NCBI GenBank assembly: GCA_038736355.1
Contig: JAVYML010000001.1
Coordinates: forward strand, 180,908 to 244,907
DNA: 64,000 bases
Direction: 5' to 3'
From: Candidatus Hadarchaeales archaeon
Lineage (GTDB): Archaea > Hadarchaeota > Hadarchaeia > Hadarchaeales > WYZ-LMO6
The position numbers and the translations under genes are program-made. The notes beneath the pieces were generated by a model. That model saw only the letters and a list, made by a program, of their open reading frames with translations. It made no database searches and was not told the DNA's origin. Every line of letters starts with the position of its first letter. Positions within the stretch are counted from its first letter, which is position 1. Positions 10,330 through 20,405 of the stretch are shown one piece after another.

Positions 10330-10441
10330 CTCACCACCTCACAAATTCTTAGAATCAATTAGTGTAGTTAGGGTTTCCCTATAAAAGATTTTCCCCTCGC
10401 CCAACCCCTTTCTATTTAAATTTCGGGAGGAAAGATGAAAC
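10330..10441. promoter_or_regulatory. divergent promoter region with two TATA-like boxes
   Basis: CCCTATAAAAG (10377-10387; reads TTTTATAGGG about 45 nt upstream of the thermosome ATG on the minus strand) and TATTTAAATTT (10413-10423) about 25 nt upstream of the GTG start at 10442, with GGGAGG just before the start. Confidence 0.45.
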
Positions 10442-11128
10442 GTGGACCTCCAAGCCCTCAAAAAGCTTAGCTACGGGTTATATGTACTGACTTCGAAAGA
10501 CGGGGAAAAGCTCAACGGACAGATCGCTAACACCGTTTTCCAAGTTACCTCCGAGCCCCCACAGGTAGTGGTCTCCGTGAACAAGAAAAACCTCACCCAC
10601 GAGTTCATCAAGAAAAGCAGGATTTTCGCCGTCTCCATCCTCTCCAAGGAAACCCCTCTGAAGTTCATAGGGCACTTCGGCTTCAAGTCCGGAAGGGAGA
10701 AAGACAAGTTCGCCGAGGTGAGGTACAAGATGGGGAAAACGGGGGCACCTCTCATACTAGACCACGCCCTTGCCCACATAGAGGCGGAGGTGGTGGGGGA
10801 GATGGATGCGGGCACCCACACCCTCTTCGTGGGGAAGGTGGTGGAGGCGGAAGTGGTGAGGGAGGGAGAACCCATGACCTACGCCCACTACCAAGAGGTG
10901 AAGGGTGGGACCACCCCCAAGACCGCGCCATCCTACGTGGAGAAACCGCCCGAGGTGAAGAAGATGGACAAGTACCGGTGCTCCGTCTGCGGGTACCTGT
11001 ACGATCCGGAGAAGGGAGATCCCGAGGGTGGTATACCACCTGGCACACCTTTCGAGATGTTACCTGAAGGATGGGTCTGCCCCGTATGTGGGGCGGATAA
11101 GTCCCTCTTCAGGAAGGTGGAGGTTTGA
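10442..11128 (+). CDS. flavin reductase-like (FMN split-barrel) domain fused to C-terminal rubredoxin
   Basis: 228 aa, GTG start; N-terminal flavin reductase fold ([22 protein letters not shown]); C-terminus CSVCGY...WVCPVCG rubredoxin. Confidence 0.8.
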   Translation: MDLQALKKLSYGLYVLTSKDGEKLNGQIANTVFQVTSEPPQVVVSVNKKNLTHEFIKKSRIFAVSILSKETPLKFIGHFGFKSGREKDKFAEVRYKMGKTGAPLILDHALAHIEAEVVGEMDAGTHTLFVGKVVEAEVVREGEPMTYAHYQEVKGGTTPKTAPSYVEKPPEVKKMDKYRCSVCGYLYDPEKGDPEGGIPPGTPFEMLPEGWVCPVCGADKSLFRKVEV

Positions 11129-12315
11129 TTCCCAGGGAGATAGCCCCTGGCGTCTACGCCGTGGGGGCAGTGGACTGGGAAAGGAGGCTGTTCGACGGCC
11201 TCATTCCCCTGCCACAAGGAACGAGCTACAACTCCTACCTGGTGAGGGGAAAAGGTGGAACGGTACTCCTGGACACGGTGGACCCTTCCAAGCGGGAGGT
11301 GCTGCTGGAGAACCTCCGGGAGCTTGAGGTGAAGGAGTTGAACTATGTAGTGGTCCATCACGCCGAGCAGGACCACTCGGGTTCCCTACCGGCGGTGCTC
11401 GAGGAGTATCCCGAAGCCAAAGTGCTGGCCCACCCCAAGGGCAAGGAACTATTGCAGCTCCTCCTCCATGTCCCCGGTGAGAGGGTGAGGGAGGTGGGGG
11501 ACGGGGAAATCCTATCGCTGGGAGACAAGACCTTGCAGTTCTTCCACGCCCCCTGGGTCCACTGGCCCGACACCATGTTCACTTACCTGAAGGAGGAGAG
11601 GATCCTCTTCACATGTGACTTCCTTGGCTCCCACCTAGCCACCTCCGCGCTCCAGGCCGATGAAGTAGAGGTTTACCCGGCGGCCAAGAGGTACTACGCC
11701 GAAATCATGATGCCCTTCAGGAGCCAGGTGAGGAAGAACCTGGAGAGGGTCAGAGAGCTGGAGGTGAGGCTCATCGCCCCCAGCCATGGGCCCCTACATT
11801 TCAACCCGGAGTTCATCCTCAGGGCCTACGAGGACTGGAGCTCCGACGCCTTGAAGAATGAGGTGGTCCTCCCTTACCTTTCCATGCACGGGAGCGTGAA
11901 GAGAATGGTGAAACACCTGACGGAAGCTCTGGTGAGGAGAGGAATCACCGTGAAGCCCTTCGACCTCACCGTCACGGATGTGGGTGAGCTGGCCATGGCG
12001 CTGGTGGACGCGACCACGCTCCTCGTGGGTTGCCCCACCGTTCTGGGTGGTCCCCATCCCGTGGTCCTTTACGCCGCCCAGCTGGTGGCCGCCCTACGCC
12101 CCAAGCTCAGGTTCTTCGGGGTGGTGGGCTCCTACGGGTGGGGAGGCAGGACGTTAGAGGTGCTCTCGGAGGTTCTCTCCAGAACGGGGGCGGAAGCCCT
12201 TCCACCCGTCATGATCAAGGGGTATCCCTCGGAAAAGGACCTGAAGGCCTTGGAGGAGCTGGCTGAGCTCGTCGCCAGCAGGCACCGCGGACTGGGGCTG
12301 GAGGTGAGCCGATGA
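11125..12315 (+). CDS. fprA: flavodiiron protein (metallo-beta-lactamase + flavodoxin; O2/NO reductase)
   Basis: 396 aa; di-iron ligand motif [11 protein letters not shown]; C-terminal flavodoxin-like domain. 4-nt overlap with the upstream gene. Confidence 0.85.
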   Translation: MIPREIAPGVYAVGAVDWERRLFDGLIPLPQGTSYNSYLVRGKGGTVLLDTVDPSKREVLLENLRELEVKELNYVVVHHAEQDHSGSLPAVLEEYPEAKVLAHPKGKELLQLLLHVPGERVREVGDGEILSLGDKTLQFFHAPWVHWPDTMFTYLKEERILFTCDFLGSHLATSALQADEVEVYPAAKRYYAEIMMPFRSQVRKNLERVRELEVRLIAPSHGPLHFNPEFILRAYEDWSSDALKNEVVLPYLSMHGSVKRMVKHLTEALVRRGITVKPFDLTVTDVGELAMALVDATTLLVGCPTVLGGPHPVVLYAAQLVAALRPKLRFFGVVGSYGWGGRTLEVLSEVLSRTGAEALPPVMIKGYPSEKDLKALEELAELVASRHRGLGLEVSR

Positions 12316-12779
12316 ACCTGGAGGAGTTCATGAGGGAGATGGTGAGGAGGGAAGAGGAAATCGTGATCTCCCTCAGGGAGAGCCTGGGAAAGATTTCCCA
12401 CCCTGCCGTGAAGGGGGTGCTGGAGGGGATTTCCCTGGACTCCGTGAAGCATGGGCGCATGTACGAGGCCGCCCTGAAGCTCCTGCATGGGATGAGGGAA
12501 GAGGTGAAGGAGGAACAGCTCAGGGAGCAGGAGGAGCTCCTGAGGAAGCACCTGAGATGGGAGGAGGAGCTGTTGGAAAAAATAGATTCCATGCTGCCAG
12601 AGGTAAAGGATGAAAAGGTGAGGATGCTCCTGCAGGCCATCCGCGAGGACGAGAGGAGGCATCACCTCCTCCTGAAAAGGGTGATGGAACTCCTCGTGAG
12701 GAGGGAAACCGTAACTAGCGAAGATCTCTGGGATCTCCTCTGGAAGAACGTTCCCTTCCACGGTACCCCAGGAGGATGA
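12312..12779 (+). CDS. hypothetical helical protein, possibly ferritin-like/diiron four-helix bundle
   Basis: 155 aa; overlaps the fprA stop (ATGA). ExxH-like pairs ([26 protein letters not shown]). Assignment is weak. Confidence 0.35.
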   Translation: MNLEEFMREMVRREEEIVISLRESLGKISHPAVKGVLEGISLDSVKHGRMYEAALKLLHGMREEVKEEQLREQEELLRKHLRWEEELLEKIDSMLPEVKDEKVRMLLQAIREDERRHHLLLKRVMELLVRRETVTSEDLWDLLWKNVPFHGTPGG

Positions 12780-14902
12780 CTCCCCTGAGGGGAAGCCACG
12801 CACACCACGGTGCGGGACACGCACACCATCCCGGTGACTTCAAGCGCAGGCTGCTGGTCTCCGTTGCCCTGACCCTACCCGTCCTCCTCCTCTCGGAGAT
12901 GATCCAGGAATGGGCTGGCTTCAGCCTGAGGATACCCCTGCACGAGGGCGTCATGCTGGTGCTCTCCGGTGTCATCTACTTCTACGGGGGCTGGCCCTTC
13001 CTGAAGGGACTGGCGGAAGAGGTGAGGGGGAGAAGACCGGGGATGATGACGCTGGTGGGGACTGCCCTCTCCGTGGCCTTCTTCTATTCTTCCCTCACCC
13101 TCCTCAGAGGGGGGGAGGACTTTTTCTGGGAGCTCGCCACGCTGGTGGACCTCATGTTGCTGGGGCACTGGATGGAGGCAAAGAGCCTGCTGGGGGCCTC
13201 GAGGGCCCTGGAGAAGCTCGCCAAACTGATGCCCGTCCAGGCCCACCTCCTCGTAGGGGAGGAAATCAGGGAGGTAGCCGTCTCAGAGCTCAAGAAGGGA
13301 GACCTGGTACTGGTCAGACCTGGGGAAAAGGTGCCTTCGGATGGAAGGGTGGTGGATGGACTTTCTTCCGTGAACGAGGCCCTTCTCACCGGGGAGTCCA
13401 GGCCGGTGCCCAAGCGACCCGGAGACAGGGTAATAGGGGGATCCCTCAACCTGGAGGGCGCCCTGAAGGTGGAGATCGAGAAAACTGGGGAGGAGAGCTA
13501 CGTGGGCAGGGTCATGGAGATGGTGAGGAGGGCACAGGAGAGCAAGAGCAGAACGCAGGAGCTGGCGGACAGGGCTGCGGCCCTCCTCTTCTACGTCGCC
13601 CTAGGAGTGGCCCTGCTCAGCTCCCTCTACTGGTACCTCTCGGGCAGACCCTCCTTCGCTTTCGAGAGAGCGGTGACCGTGATGGTGGTGGCCTGCCCGC
13701 ACGCGCTCGGTCTGGCCATCCCCCTGGTGGTCTCCCTCTCCACCTCCCTTACCGCCAGGAGGGGAATCCTGGTGAGGGAGAGGAGGGCCTTCGAGAACCT
13801 AAGGAAGGTGGGGGTGGTGGTCTTCGACAAAACGGGGACCCTCACCTCTGGAACCCTGGAGGTCTCGGATTACCTTTCCCTCCTCCCGGAGGGAGAACTC
13901 CTCTCCCTAACCGCAGGAGTGGAGAAAAATTCCGAGCACCCGATAGCGAAGGCACTCGTGGAGTTCGCCGAGAGGAAAGGAGTGAAGGTGCCGGAGGCGG
14001 AGGACTTCCAGGCCCTGCCAGGAAGAGGGGCAAGGGCCAGAGTGCTGGAGAAGGAAGTGTGGGTGGGAGGAGCTACCCTCCTGAGGGAAAGGGGGGTGGA
14101 GCCCCCGGAGGAGAAGGAGGAATGGAGGGGCAAGACGGTGGTCCACGTGGTGGTGGAGGGAAAGCCTGCTGGATCCTTCGCCCTCTCCGACAGGGTGAGG
14201 GAGGAATCGAAGGAAGCAGTGGAAAGGCTGAAGGAAAAGGGAATGAAGGTCATGATGATCACGGGTGACGGGGAGGAGGCTGCAAGGGAGGTGGCCAGAG
14301 AACTGGGGATAGAGGAGTACCGGGCCCAGGCTTCGCCGGAGGAGAAGGCCGCGTGGATAGAGGAGCTGAGGAAAAGGGGAGAGACCGTCGCCATGGTAGG
14401 GGACGGGGTGAACGACGCCCCCGCGCTGGTGGCGGCGGATGTGGGCATAGCCATAGGGGCGGGAACGGACGTGGCCGTGGAGAGCGCGGACCTCGTGCTG
14501 GTGAGGAACGACCCGCGAGACGTAGCCTACCTGATGGAGTTCTCCCAAAGGAGCTACTCCAAGATGGTTCAGAACCTCTGGTGGGCGGCAGGGTACAACG
14601 CCCTCACCATCCCCCTCGCCTCCGGTATGTTCCAGGGATGGGGCCTCACCCTCAGCCCGGCCGTGGGTGCGCTTCTGATGTCCCTGAGCACCATCGTGGT
14701 GGCCTTAAACACCCAAACCCTCAGGAGATACGAGCAGGAGGGGGTGGAAGAGACGTTCGTGGACCCCGTCTGCGGAATGGAGGTGGAGCCCTCGAGCGCT
14801 GCCGGTAAAGTGGAGTACAAGGGCAGGATGTTCTATTTCTGCTCCAAGCGGTGCGAGGAAACCTTCAGGAAGGATCCGGAGAAATACGCGAAGGGCGGTT
14901 AG
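12776..14902 (+). CDS. heavy-metal (copper) translocating P1B-type ATPase with N-terminal His-rich segment and C-terminal TRASH/YHS domain
   Basis: 708 aa; CPH ([11 protein letters not shown]), [17 protein letters not shown]; N-terminal [16 protein letters not shown]; C-terminal DPVCGMEV...[11 protein letters not shown] (TRASH). Confidence 0.9.
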   Translation: MTPLRGSHAHHGAGHAHHPGDFKRRLLVSVALTLPVLLLSEMIQEWAGFSLRIPLHEGVMLVLSGVIYFYGGWPFLKGLAEEVRGRRPGMMTLVGTALSVAFFYSSLTLLRGGEDFFWELATLVDLMLLGHWMEAKSLLGASRALEKLAKLMPVQAHLLVGEEIREVAVSELKKGDLVLVRPGEKVPSDGRVVDGLSSVNEALLTGESRPVPKRPGDRVIGGSLNLEGALKVEIEKTGEESYVGRVMEMVRRAQESKSRTQELADRAAALLFYVALGVALLSSLYWYLSGRPSFAFERAVTVMVVACPHALGLAIPLVVSLSTSLTARRGILVRERRAFENLRKVGVVVFDKTGTLTSGTLEVSDYLSLLPEGELLSLTAGVEKNSEHPIAKALVEFAERKGVKVPEAEDFQALPGRGARARVLEKEVWVGGATLLRERGVEPPEEKEEWRGKTVVHVVVEGKPAGSFALSDRVREESKEAVERLKEKGMKVMMITGDGEEAAREVARELGIEEYRAQASPEEKAAWIEELRKRGETVAMVGDGVNDAPALVAADVGIAIGAGTDVAVESADLVLVRNDPRDVAYLMEFSQRSYSKMVQNLWWAAGYNALTIPLASGMFQGWGLTLSPAVGALLMSLSTIVVALNTQTLRRYEQEGVEETFVDPVCGMEVEPSSAAGKVEYKGRMFYFCSKRCEETFRKDPEKYAKGG

Positions 14903-14939
14903 CTGCAACCTAAATTAGGCTGCGGGAGGAGGAGAGAGG

Positions 14940-15482
14940 ATGACGGTGCTCGGAACCTTCCTCTCCTCCGTCTGGTTCATCCTCCCAGCCTACGCCGCCA
15001 ACATGACACCCGTGGTGGCGGGGGGAGGGAGGCCCATCGACGGGGGGAGGAAGTTCGTGGATGGGAAACCACTGCTGGGCCCGGGCAAGACCGTTCGGGG
15101 GTTCTGCTGGGGTCTTCTCGTGGGGTTCTGCGTGGGACTGGTACAGGCCCTCCTCCATTCCCCTCTCGAAACCCACCTCACCCTCCTCTTCGGAAGTCCC
15201 CTGGAAACGGTGTTGGGGGGTCTCCTGCTCTCCCTCGGCGCCATGGTGGGGGACCTGGCGGGAAGTTTCTTCAAGAGGAGGGCCGGGGTGGAGAGGGGAG
15301 AACCCTTTCCCCTGCTAGACCAGCTGGACTTCGTGATCGGGGCCCTCCTCCTCTCCCTTCCGCTGGTCCTGTCACGCCTCACGTGGGAAATCCTAGCCGT
15401 CCTCTTCCTCCTCACTCCCCCCCTCCACCTCCTCACCAATTACGCCGGGTACAGGATGGGTCTCAAGAACAGACCCTACTGA
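14940..15482 (+). CDS. carS: CDP-archaeol synthase
   Basis: 180 aa; ILPAYAANMTPVV..GGGRPIDGGRKFVDGKPLLGPGKTVRG matches CarS (DUF46). Confidence 0.8.
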   Translation: MTVLGTFLSSVWFILPAYAANMTPVVAGGGRPIDGGRKFVDGKPLLGPGKTVRGFCWGLLVGFCVGLVQALLHSPLETHLTLLFGSPLETVLGGLLLSLGAMVGDLAGSFFKRRAGVERGEPFPLLDQLDFVIGALLLSLPLVLSRLTWEILAVLFLLTPPLHLLTNYAGYRMGLKNRPY

Positions 15483-15513
15483 CATCCTTTTTAGGGGAAA
15501 GGAGAGGTAGGAT

Positions 15514-16089
15514 GTGGAAGGGTTCCTCCATTTGAGTTGGGGGGAAGTCCAGCTCCTTTGTGAAAGACTTTCCAAGAAGATCGTTGAAGCGGGATACCGT
15601 CCAGACCTCATAGTGGCGGTGAGTAGAGGGGGCTTCCCGGTAGGCAGGATCCTTTGCGACCTGCTGGGAGTGGAGGAGCTGGCCTCAGTACAGGTGAAGT
15701 ACTATAGGGGGCCCGGGGAAACGGGGAAGAAACCCGAACTCCTACATCCTCCCAACGTCAAGATGGAAGGGAGGAAGGTGCTGGTGGTGGACGACGTGGC
15801 GGACACAGGACATTCTTTGGCCTTCATCCGCGACCTCTTCTCGGGAAAGGGTGAGGCGGGGTTCAGGGTAGCCACCCTTCACTACAAGCCCTGGAGTATC
15901 TTCAAACCCGACTTCTACGTGGAAGAGGTGAGGGAATGGGTGGTCTATCCCTGGGAGGTGAGGGAAACCATTCTGAAGCTGGTCCAGAGGCTCAGGGGGG
16001 AAGGAAAGGGGGAAGGGGAGATAATCTCGATCCTGGAGGGATGGGGCTTCGAAAGGGGTGAAGTGGAGGAGGTAGTGAAGGGTATTTAA
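15514..16089 (+). CDS. purine phosphoribosyltransferase (type I PRTase)
   Basis: 191 aa; PRPP-binding VLVVDDVADTGHSL. Confidence 0.8.
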   Translation: MEGFLHLSWGEVQLLCERLSKKIVEAGYRPDLIVAVSRGGFPVGRILCDLLGVEELASVQVKYYRGPGETGKKPELLHPPNVKMEGRKVLVVDDVADTGHSLAFIRDLFSGKGEAGFRVATLHYKPWSIFKPDFYVEEVREWVVYPWEVRETILKLVQRLRGEGKGEGEIISILEGWGFERGEVEEVVKGI

Positions 16090-16113
16090 CGGGGCACTGA
16101 ACACTTCTCAGGG

Positions 16114-16284
16114 ATGGGGAGGCTAACGGAAACTTGCGAACTCTGCGGGGGCACCACTTCCGAGCTCCGCCGCTGTCGCATCTGTGGCACGGCGGTATGC
16201 CTCAGGTGTTACTCCCCGGAAAGCGGGTTGTGCAAGAAATGCCTCTCCAAGGGATTGTGGGTGGAAAGGGAAGAAGAGGAGTGA
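16114..16284 (+). CDS. small double zinc-ribbon protein (8 Cys), unlisted in ORF track
   Basis: ATG at 16114; translation MGRLTETCELCGGTTSELRRCRICGTAVCLRCYSPESGLCKKCLSKGLWVEREEEE (56 aa), four CxxC pairs. Stop lies 6 nt before the Toprim gene. Confidence 0.5.
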   Translation: MGRLTETCELCGGTTSELRRCRICGTAVCLRCYSPESGLCKKCLSKGLWVEREEEE

Positions 16285-16290
16285 GCCGAA

Positions 16291-16680
16291 GTGAGGGAGG
16301 AAACCCTAGAAGAGCTCGAAGAAGTGTTACGGGAGCTCAGGATGGAAATTCGGGATGGAACACCCATACTGGTGGAGGGGAGGAGGGATAGGGAGGCCCT
16401 TCTCTCCCTGGGTATCGAAGGGAGGATTGTACACCTGAACAGGAACGGGAGTTTGTTGGAACGGCTGGAGGGGTTGGGAGGATACGAGAGGGTGGTGGTG
16501 CTCACGGACTTCGACCGAGAGGGGGAGGAACTCGCTCTGAGATGTTCCAAATACCTCAGGTTAATGGGGGTGGAGCCCCTCCTCGAACCTAGGGAGAAAC
16601 TGAAGAAACTGCTGAGGAAGGAAGTGAAGGATGTGGAGGGAATGGTCCATCTCCTCCGGTTCCTACGCGAAAAGGGATGA
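16291..16680 (+). CDS. small Toprim-domain protein
   Basis: 129 aa; ILVEGRRDREAL...VVVLTDFDREGEEL is the Toprim E / DxD signature. Confidence 0.6.
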   Translation: MREETLEELEEVLRELRMEIRDGTPILVEGRRDREALLSLGIEGRIVHLNRNGSLLERLEGLGGYERVVVLTDFDREGEELALRCSKYLRLMGVEPLLEPREKLKKLLRKEVKDVEGMVHLLRFLREKG

Positions 16681-16683
16681 ACC

Positions 16684-17118
16684 TTGCCCCCCCTCTGGCT
16701 CTTCCCCCTCCTCTCAGCCTTCCCCTTCTTCGAGGGCAGGTACGCCCTTCCCCTCGCCATCCTCTGGGGTCTCTCCCCCCTCACCGCCTACTTCCTCTGC
16801 ACCCTTCCCAACCTAGCCGTCATCCCGGCCATCCTGCTTGCCCTGGAGAGGATGGTACCTCCCCTGAGGAGGAGGTGGGAATGGGTGGACAACTTCTTCA
16901 GGCTGATGGTCAGGAAAAAACTCAGGAAAAAGCACTTCCTCGCCCTCTTCACCTTCGTCTCCCTACCCCTTCCAGGAACCGGGGCCTACACCGGAACGAT
17001 CCTAGCCTTCATGCTCGGGATGAGGGGATGGAAACCCGCTCTCACCGTGGCCCTGGGAGTGCTCACTGCCAATGCCCTAACCGCCCTCCCCGCCACCGGT
17101 CTCTCCCTCTGGCTTTAA
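16684..17118 (+). CDS. small multidrug-export-like membrane protein (Sm_multidrug_ex family)
   Basis: 144 aa, 4 TM; conserved LPLPGTGAYTG motif. Confidence 0.55.
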   Translation: MPPLWLFPLLSAFPFFEGRYALPLAILWGLSPLTAYFLCTLPNLAVIPAILLALERMVPPLRRRWEWVDNFFRLMVRKKLRKKHFLALFTFVSLPLPGTGAYTGTILAFMLGMRGWKPALTVALGVLTANALTALPATGLSLWL

Positions 17119-18195
17119 CCTGCCCCTCCCGTACTTGTACTCGATGGCACAGGAACCCTCCGAAGAAACCATGCACGGTCCCACCGGGCTCCTGGGTGTA
17201 CAGACCTTCCCGAAGAGGGGACAATCGGGGGGATCGAGGAGACCCCTCAGCACCCTGTCGCACCTGCAGGAGGGATGGGGCTTGAACTCCCTTCCCTCCA
17301 GCTCCTTCAGCTCGTCCTCGTACCTCTTCCTGGCATCATACTCTTCGAATTCCTCCTTGAGGGCCATGCCAGACTTCGGAATCACGGGAAAGCCCCTCCA
17401 GTCCAGATCGAAGGGCTCGAAAACTTCCTCCATTACCCTGAGTGCCTTCACATTGCCCTCCGGTCTCACCGAGCGTGTGTATTCATTTTTGACCCCCACT
17501 TCCCCCTTTTGGATCATCCTCGCCAGGAGGTAAACCCCCATCAACAGGTCGAGGGGTTCGAAACCCGCCACCACCTGGGGGATTCCGTACTTCTCCGCTA
17601 TCTCCTCGTAGGGCTTGGTACCTATCACGGTGGAAACATGCCCCGGTTCTATCAGCCCCTGAATCTTGGTCTCACCCATCTCCAGGAGGGCCTTGATAGC
17701 CGGGGGGATGTAACGATGACAGCAAAGGATGGAGAAGTTAGGGGGAGGTCTTCGGAGGAGGGTGACGGCCGTGGAAGGGGCGGTGGTTTCGAAACCTATG
17801 GCCAAGAAAACCACCTCCTTCTTCGTTTTCTCCGCAAGTCCCACCGCATCCCTGATGCTGTAAACCACTCTCACCTCTGCCCCCTCTCCCCTGAGCCCCG
17901 CGAGCGAACCACTTTCCCCCGGCACTCCCACCATATCCCCAAAAGTTGCCACCACCTTTCCCTTCCTTGCCAGCAAGAGGGCCTCCTCTATCTCCCTCTG
18001 GGTGGTCACACAAACGGGACATCCTGGTCCCTGCCTTATCTTGATCCCACAGGGTTCCAGAAGGCGATCCAAACCGTACCTCACGAGGGTATCCTGGTGG
18101 GTCCCGCACACGTGCATCAGGAAGAGGTTCAACCCCATCTTCCTGAGTTCCCCCACGATCCTGCTCGCGGTCTCCCTATCCCTGAACCTGAACAT
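17077..18195 (-). CDS. hypD: [NiFe]-hydrogenase maturation factor HypD
   Basis: 372 aa; CGTHQ, GPGCPVCVT, C-terminal CxxC...CPVC motifs. Confidence 0.9.
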   Translation of the reverse strand: MFRFRDRETASRIVGELRKMGLNLFLMHVCGTHQDTLVRYGLDRLLEPCGIKIRQGPGCPVCVTTQREIEEALLLARKGKVVATFGDMVGVPGESGSLAGLRGEGAEVRVVYSIRDAVGLAEKTKKEVVFLAIGFETTAPSTAVTLLRRPPPNFSILCCHRYIPPAIKALLEMGETKIQGLIEPGHVSTVIGTKPYEEIAEKYGIPQVVAGFEPLDLLMGVYLLARMIQKGEVGVKNEYTRSVRPEGNVKALRVMEEVFEPFDLDWRGFPVIPKSGMALKEEFEEYDARKRYEDELKELEGREFKPHPSCRCDRVLRGLLDPPDCPLFGKVCTPRSPVGPCMVSSEGSCAIEYKYGRGRLKPEGETGGGEGG

Positions 18196-18197
18196 GC

Positions 18198-18416
18198 TCA
18201 GCCCTGCGAGAGGAGTTCCTGCCAGAGCCTCAGGCTCTCCCTCGCCTCCTCCTCGTCTAAGACTTGGATGGCAAAACCGGCATGGACGATCACGTACTGC
18301 CCCACCTCCACCTCCACGAGGGAGATGTCCACTTCCCTCAGGGTGCCATCCCCGAAGTCCACCTTGGCGAGCTCACCCTTCTTCTCCACCACCCTCGCCG
18401 GAATGGCCAGACACAT
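18198..18416 (-). CDS. hypC: [NiFe]-hydrogenase maturation factor HypC
   Basis: 72 aa; starts MCLAIP. Confidence 0.9.
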   Translation of the reverse strand: MCLAIPARVVEKKGELAKVDFGDGTLREVDISLVEVEVGQYVIVHAGFAIQVLDEEEARESLRLWQELLSQG

Positions 18417-18917
18417 CTACCTTCCCTCCCCTTCCCCGCATAAATCCCTCAGCACGAGGGAGAGGGTATCGGCCAGCCTCTCGGCCGCCTCCTCCAGCTC
18501 CCTGGTCATTCCTTCCCCGAAATCCGTATCCCCGGGCTGGACACAGAGGAGGGCCACTTTGCATCCCACCACTTCCCTCACGTATTCGCAGAAGATCCTG
18601 AGGGGGAGGAGATGCGTGGAAACGGTTTCTACGGGTAGCTCTTCCGAAGTCAAGAACCTGCTTTCCCCCGGTCTCAGCCCCAAGAGGGCTGCGTCCACGA
18701 GGAGGAGATGGCTGGGCCTGACCCTCTCCACCTCCTCCAAGAAATTCTCCGCCACCGTTTCGCATTCCAGCAATTCCACCCCCTTTCCCACCCTTCCTTC
18801 CATCTTCCTCACAACCTCCAGTCCCACCGCGTCGTCCTTTCTGAGGGGATTACCTATTCCCATCACCATGGCCTTTCTGCAACCCGCAAACCATTCCCTG
18901 AGCTCCCTCTCCATCAT
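18417..18917 (-). CDS. hydrogenase maturation endopeptidase (HycI/HyaD family)
   Basis: 166 aa; MGIGNPLRKDDAVG motif. Confidence 0.85.
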   Translation of the reverse strand: MMERELREWFAGCRKAMVMGIGNPLRKDDAVGLEVVRKMEGRVGKGVELLECETVAENFLEEVERVRPSHLLLVDAALLGLRPGESRFLTSEELPVETVSTHLLPLRIFCEYVREVVGCKVALLCVQPGDTDFGEGMTRELEEAAERLADTLSLVLRDLCGEGEGR

Positions 18918-18947
18918 AGAAGGGGGTAGGAAGGAAGGAAAAGACTT

Positions 18948-20405
18948 TCAGGGTCTCTTGAGGGTGTAAAGGAGGTTGCGGTCCTTATCGTAGATCTTTA
19001 CCTCTAGGGGCATCTTGCCCAGGGCGAAGTGGGTGGCACAGGCGTAGCAGGGATCGTAGGCCCTGAAGGCCATTTCAATCATGTTCAAGATCCCATCCGT
19101 GACCTTCCCTCCAGAAATGAGGGCCTTGGCAGCATCCCTTATGGACATGCAGATGGGAGCCACATTGTTGGTGGTGGCCACGATGAGGTTGGCCTTCTTG
19201 ATCAAACCTTCCTCCGTGAGTTGGTAGTGATGGTACAGGGTCCCCCTGGCCGCCTCCACTACCCCCACACCTTCCCCTGGAGTCCCCACCGGATTCCTCA
19301 CTTCCTTGCTGGTGATCTCAGGATCCTGGGCAAGCTCCAGTGCCCTCTCGCAGGCATAGAGGAGCTCTATCAGCCTGGCCCAGTGGAAGGCCAGGGTGGA
19401 GTGTACGGGTTTTCCTCCCAGCGTTTCGTACATCCTCTCGTACTCCTGCTGGGCAAGGGGTGTGGCCATCCCATCGGCGGCATTTAACCTTGCCAGTGGA
19501 CCCACTCTGTAAATACCGCTGTCGGGACCGTCCACCAATCCCTTCCACCCCACCTTCTTCAAGTAGGTGAACTTCACGTAAGTCCACTCCTCCACGTGCT
19601 CCCCTATCACATCCAGGTACTGGGATGGTGCAAACTTTACAAACTCCCTGCCATTGGGATCCACCACCCTGATCTTCCCGTCGTAGAAGTTCACGCGGTT
19701 CTTCTCATCGACCAATCCCATGTAGTAGGTCCTCAGGGTGTAGGCATCACTCTTTATCAGCTCCACGTATTTCTGGTTCTTCAAAACGACCTGATCGAAG
19801 ATCTGGAGGGCCTTTTGGGCAAAGTCCACGCAGGACCTGGCCATCTTCTCTATTTCCTTCCTCTCTTCCTCGCTCAAGGGTTTGCTCACCCCTCCGGGCA
19901 AGCCGCACACGGGATGGGTGGCCTTTCCACCCAGGATGGCCGTAATCCTCTGACCATAGGCCCTGTGTTTGATCACTTCCTTCCCCACTTCCAGCCCCAC
20001 CTTCTTGATCACTCCCAGGATGTTCCTCTCGGCCGGTGGAGCATCCGGACCCACCACGAAGTCTGGTCCCCCTAGATAGAAGAAGTGCAGGGTGTGGTCG
20101 TAGATGTAATAACCCGAATAGATCAGCTCCCTGAGCTTCTTGGCCGCGGGCGGCGGATCCACGTGGAAGGCTGCATCCAGGGCCTTCGTGGAGGCCATGT
20201 GGTGGGCCACCGGACAGACACCACAGATCCTGGAGGTGATTTGTGGCATCAGTTCCGCCCTTCTTCCCTCACAGAAACGCTCGAAGCCCCTCAGCTCTGG
20301 AACCTGGAGGTAAGCGTTTGCCACGTCACCCTTCTCGTCCAAGAAAATCGAGATCTTTCCGTGGCCTTCGAGTCTGGTGATGGGATCTATGGTGATGACC
20401 TTCAT
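18948..20405 (-). CDS. [NiFe]-hydrogenase large subunit (cytoplasmic group 3-like)
   Basis: 485 aa; N-terminal RLEGHGKI...RICGVCPVAHH; C-terminal DPCYACATH followed by a cleavable tail. Confidence 0.9.
   Translation of the reverse strand: MKVITIDPITRLEGHGKISIFLDEKGDVANAYLQVPELRGFERFCEGRRAELMPQITSRICGVCPVAHHMASTKALDAAFHVDPPPAAKKLRELIYSGYYIYDHTLHFFYLGGPDFVVGPDAPPAERNILGVIKKVGLEVGKEVIKHRAYGQRITAILGGKATHPVCGLPGGVSKPLSEEERKEIEKMARSCVDFAQKALQIFDQVVLKNQKYVELIKSDAYTLRTYYMGLVDEKNRVNFYDGKIRVVDPNGREFVKFAPSQYLDVIGEHVEEWTYVKFTYLKKVGWKGLVDGPDSGIYRVGPLARLNAADGMATPLAQQEYERMYETLGGKPVHSTLAFHWARLIELLYACERALELAQDPEITSKEVRNPVGTPGEGVGVVEAARGTLYHHYQLTEEGLIKKANLIVATTNNVAPICMSIRDAAKALISGGKVTDGILNMIEMAFRAYDPCYACATHFALGKMPLEVKIYDKDRNLLYTLKRP

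Noticed and set aside
12910-14268. 452-aa Gly/Arg/Glu-rich ORF
   Set aside because: Alternate frame of the P-type ATPase gene on the same strand; low-complexity; ATPase motifs are in the other frame.
16134-16391. 85-aa ORF overlapping the start of the Toprim gene
   Set aside because: Alternate frame of the small zinc-ribbon ORF/Toprim start region; Arg/Gly-rich with no motifs; the 56-aa Cys8 frame is the coherent reading.
17275-18969. 564-aa plus-strand ORF spanning the hypD/hypC/protease region
   Set aside because: Antisense to three well-supported hydrogenase maturation genes; Ser/Pro/His-rich low complexity.
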